A stretch of DNA of 64,000 bases, taken from positions 111,404 through 175,403 of the forward strand of contig NMRA01000733.1 in NCBI GenBank assembly GCA_002633005.1. Direction: 5' to 3'. Each line of letters starts with the position of its first letter. The stretch's first letter is position 1. The notes under the pieces were generated by a model. That model searched no databases and was not told the origin of the DNA. It saw only the letters and a program-made list of their open reading frames with translations. The DNA comes from Phoronis australis. Lineage: Eukaryota; Animalia; Phoronida. The position numbers were made by a program, and so were the translations under genes. Positions 63,251 through 64,000 of this stretch are shown one piece after another.

Positions 63251-64000
63251 GACAGATATGTTTTCAATTATAGCTAGCTGGATAAGAATCTGCTATGCAC
63301 AAGATTCGAGAATAAACAATTATCAGTGTATTTAAAAACAAATGGCAAACTGAAAAAGCACAGAAAGAAACAAGATTGCGACCGAGTCCATTATCAGGCA
63401 TATCAGTTTCTGAATTACGTTCAATTCTCTCCATGTCGTGAACACATCCACTAAAACAAGAAACTGTAGTAACACCGCATTTATCCACCTTCACTCTTAT
63501 CAGGCTTCTATTGTGAGTCAGCATGCGTGAATAATTGGCTGATAAGCCACCTCTGGAACTACTTTTGGCTGAATGGATGTTCAGGCCATAAAATGATAAT
63601 TAGCCAAGACCAGTTACTATAATGCAACAAAGAATAATGTCTTGCATCACCTAGCCTTGGTGGAAAGCTGTATACTGCATTGGCTCAAACAAACGCTTGG
63701 AAAAATTCATTTCACGGGGAGGGGACGCTTATTGTAGTGAGCCTACGGCAGTTGAAACCCGGTTTCCCAAACGGGTAAAATCGGAAGCCAGGATTCATCA
63801 AATTTACGCTCTGTGACGTAGTTGCAGCCTATAACAGCCTTTCTACAAAATTGTGGTGCATTGCTATCAACTTCCGTTGTTAAATTACGATAATTTTTCA
63901 AAAAATTGTGCTCATCACAGGGCAAAAACTTGCCGACTGATGCGTCGCTGAATCGCGATCGTCAATAGGAAAACTTGAACTCTTGAATAAAAATATAGTT

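Overview
Eukaryotic (animal, most likely an AT-rich invertebrate) genomic window with four intron-containing genes that I could splice by hand with consistent GT-AG boundaries and phases: BAG3-like co-chaperone (+, 2 exons, 2412-4743), PAQR3 (-, 6 coding exons, 15681-7370), coilin (+, 6 exons, 20955-37568) and CENP-M (-, exons 2-6, 54787-39542; first exon not found, probably beyond the right edge). The layout is BAG3 >< PAQR3 <> COIL >< CENPM. Introns are packed with transposon relics: Kolobok-like TTAA elements carrying THAP remnants, hAT and PIF/Harbinger MITEs with visible TSDs, a Penelope-like element with inverted arms, DIRS/Ngaro and CR1/L2 RT fragments, a Helentron-type non-autonomous element, a tRNA-derived SINE, a possible LTR and about ten minisatellites. 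No prokaryotic-type system (CRISPR etc.) is present. Best leads: CENP-M keeping GTPase G1/G4 residues; a young Kolobok-like element whose 150-bp TIRs each carry an ETS-CRE promoter motif facing one of two convergent ORFs; a 1.7-kb TTAA family with THAP-like remnants at both ends; a five-level transposon nest carrying CTCF-like motif arrays; a coilin with no RG box and a possible in-frame micro-exon. All family assignments come from motif recognition, not database searches.
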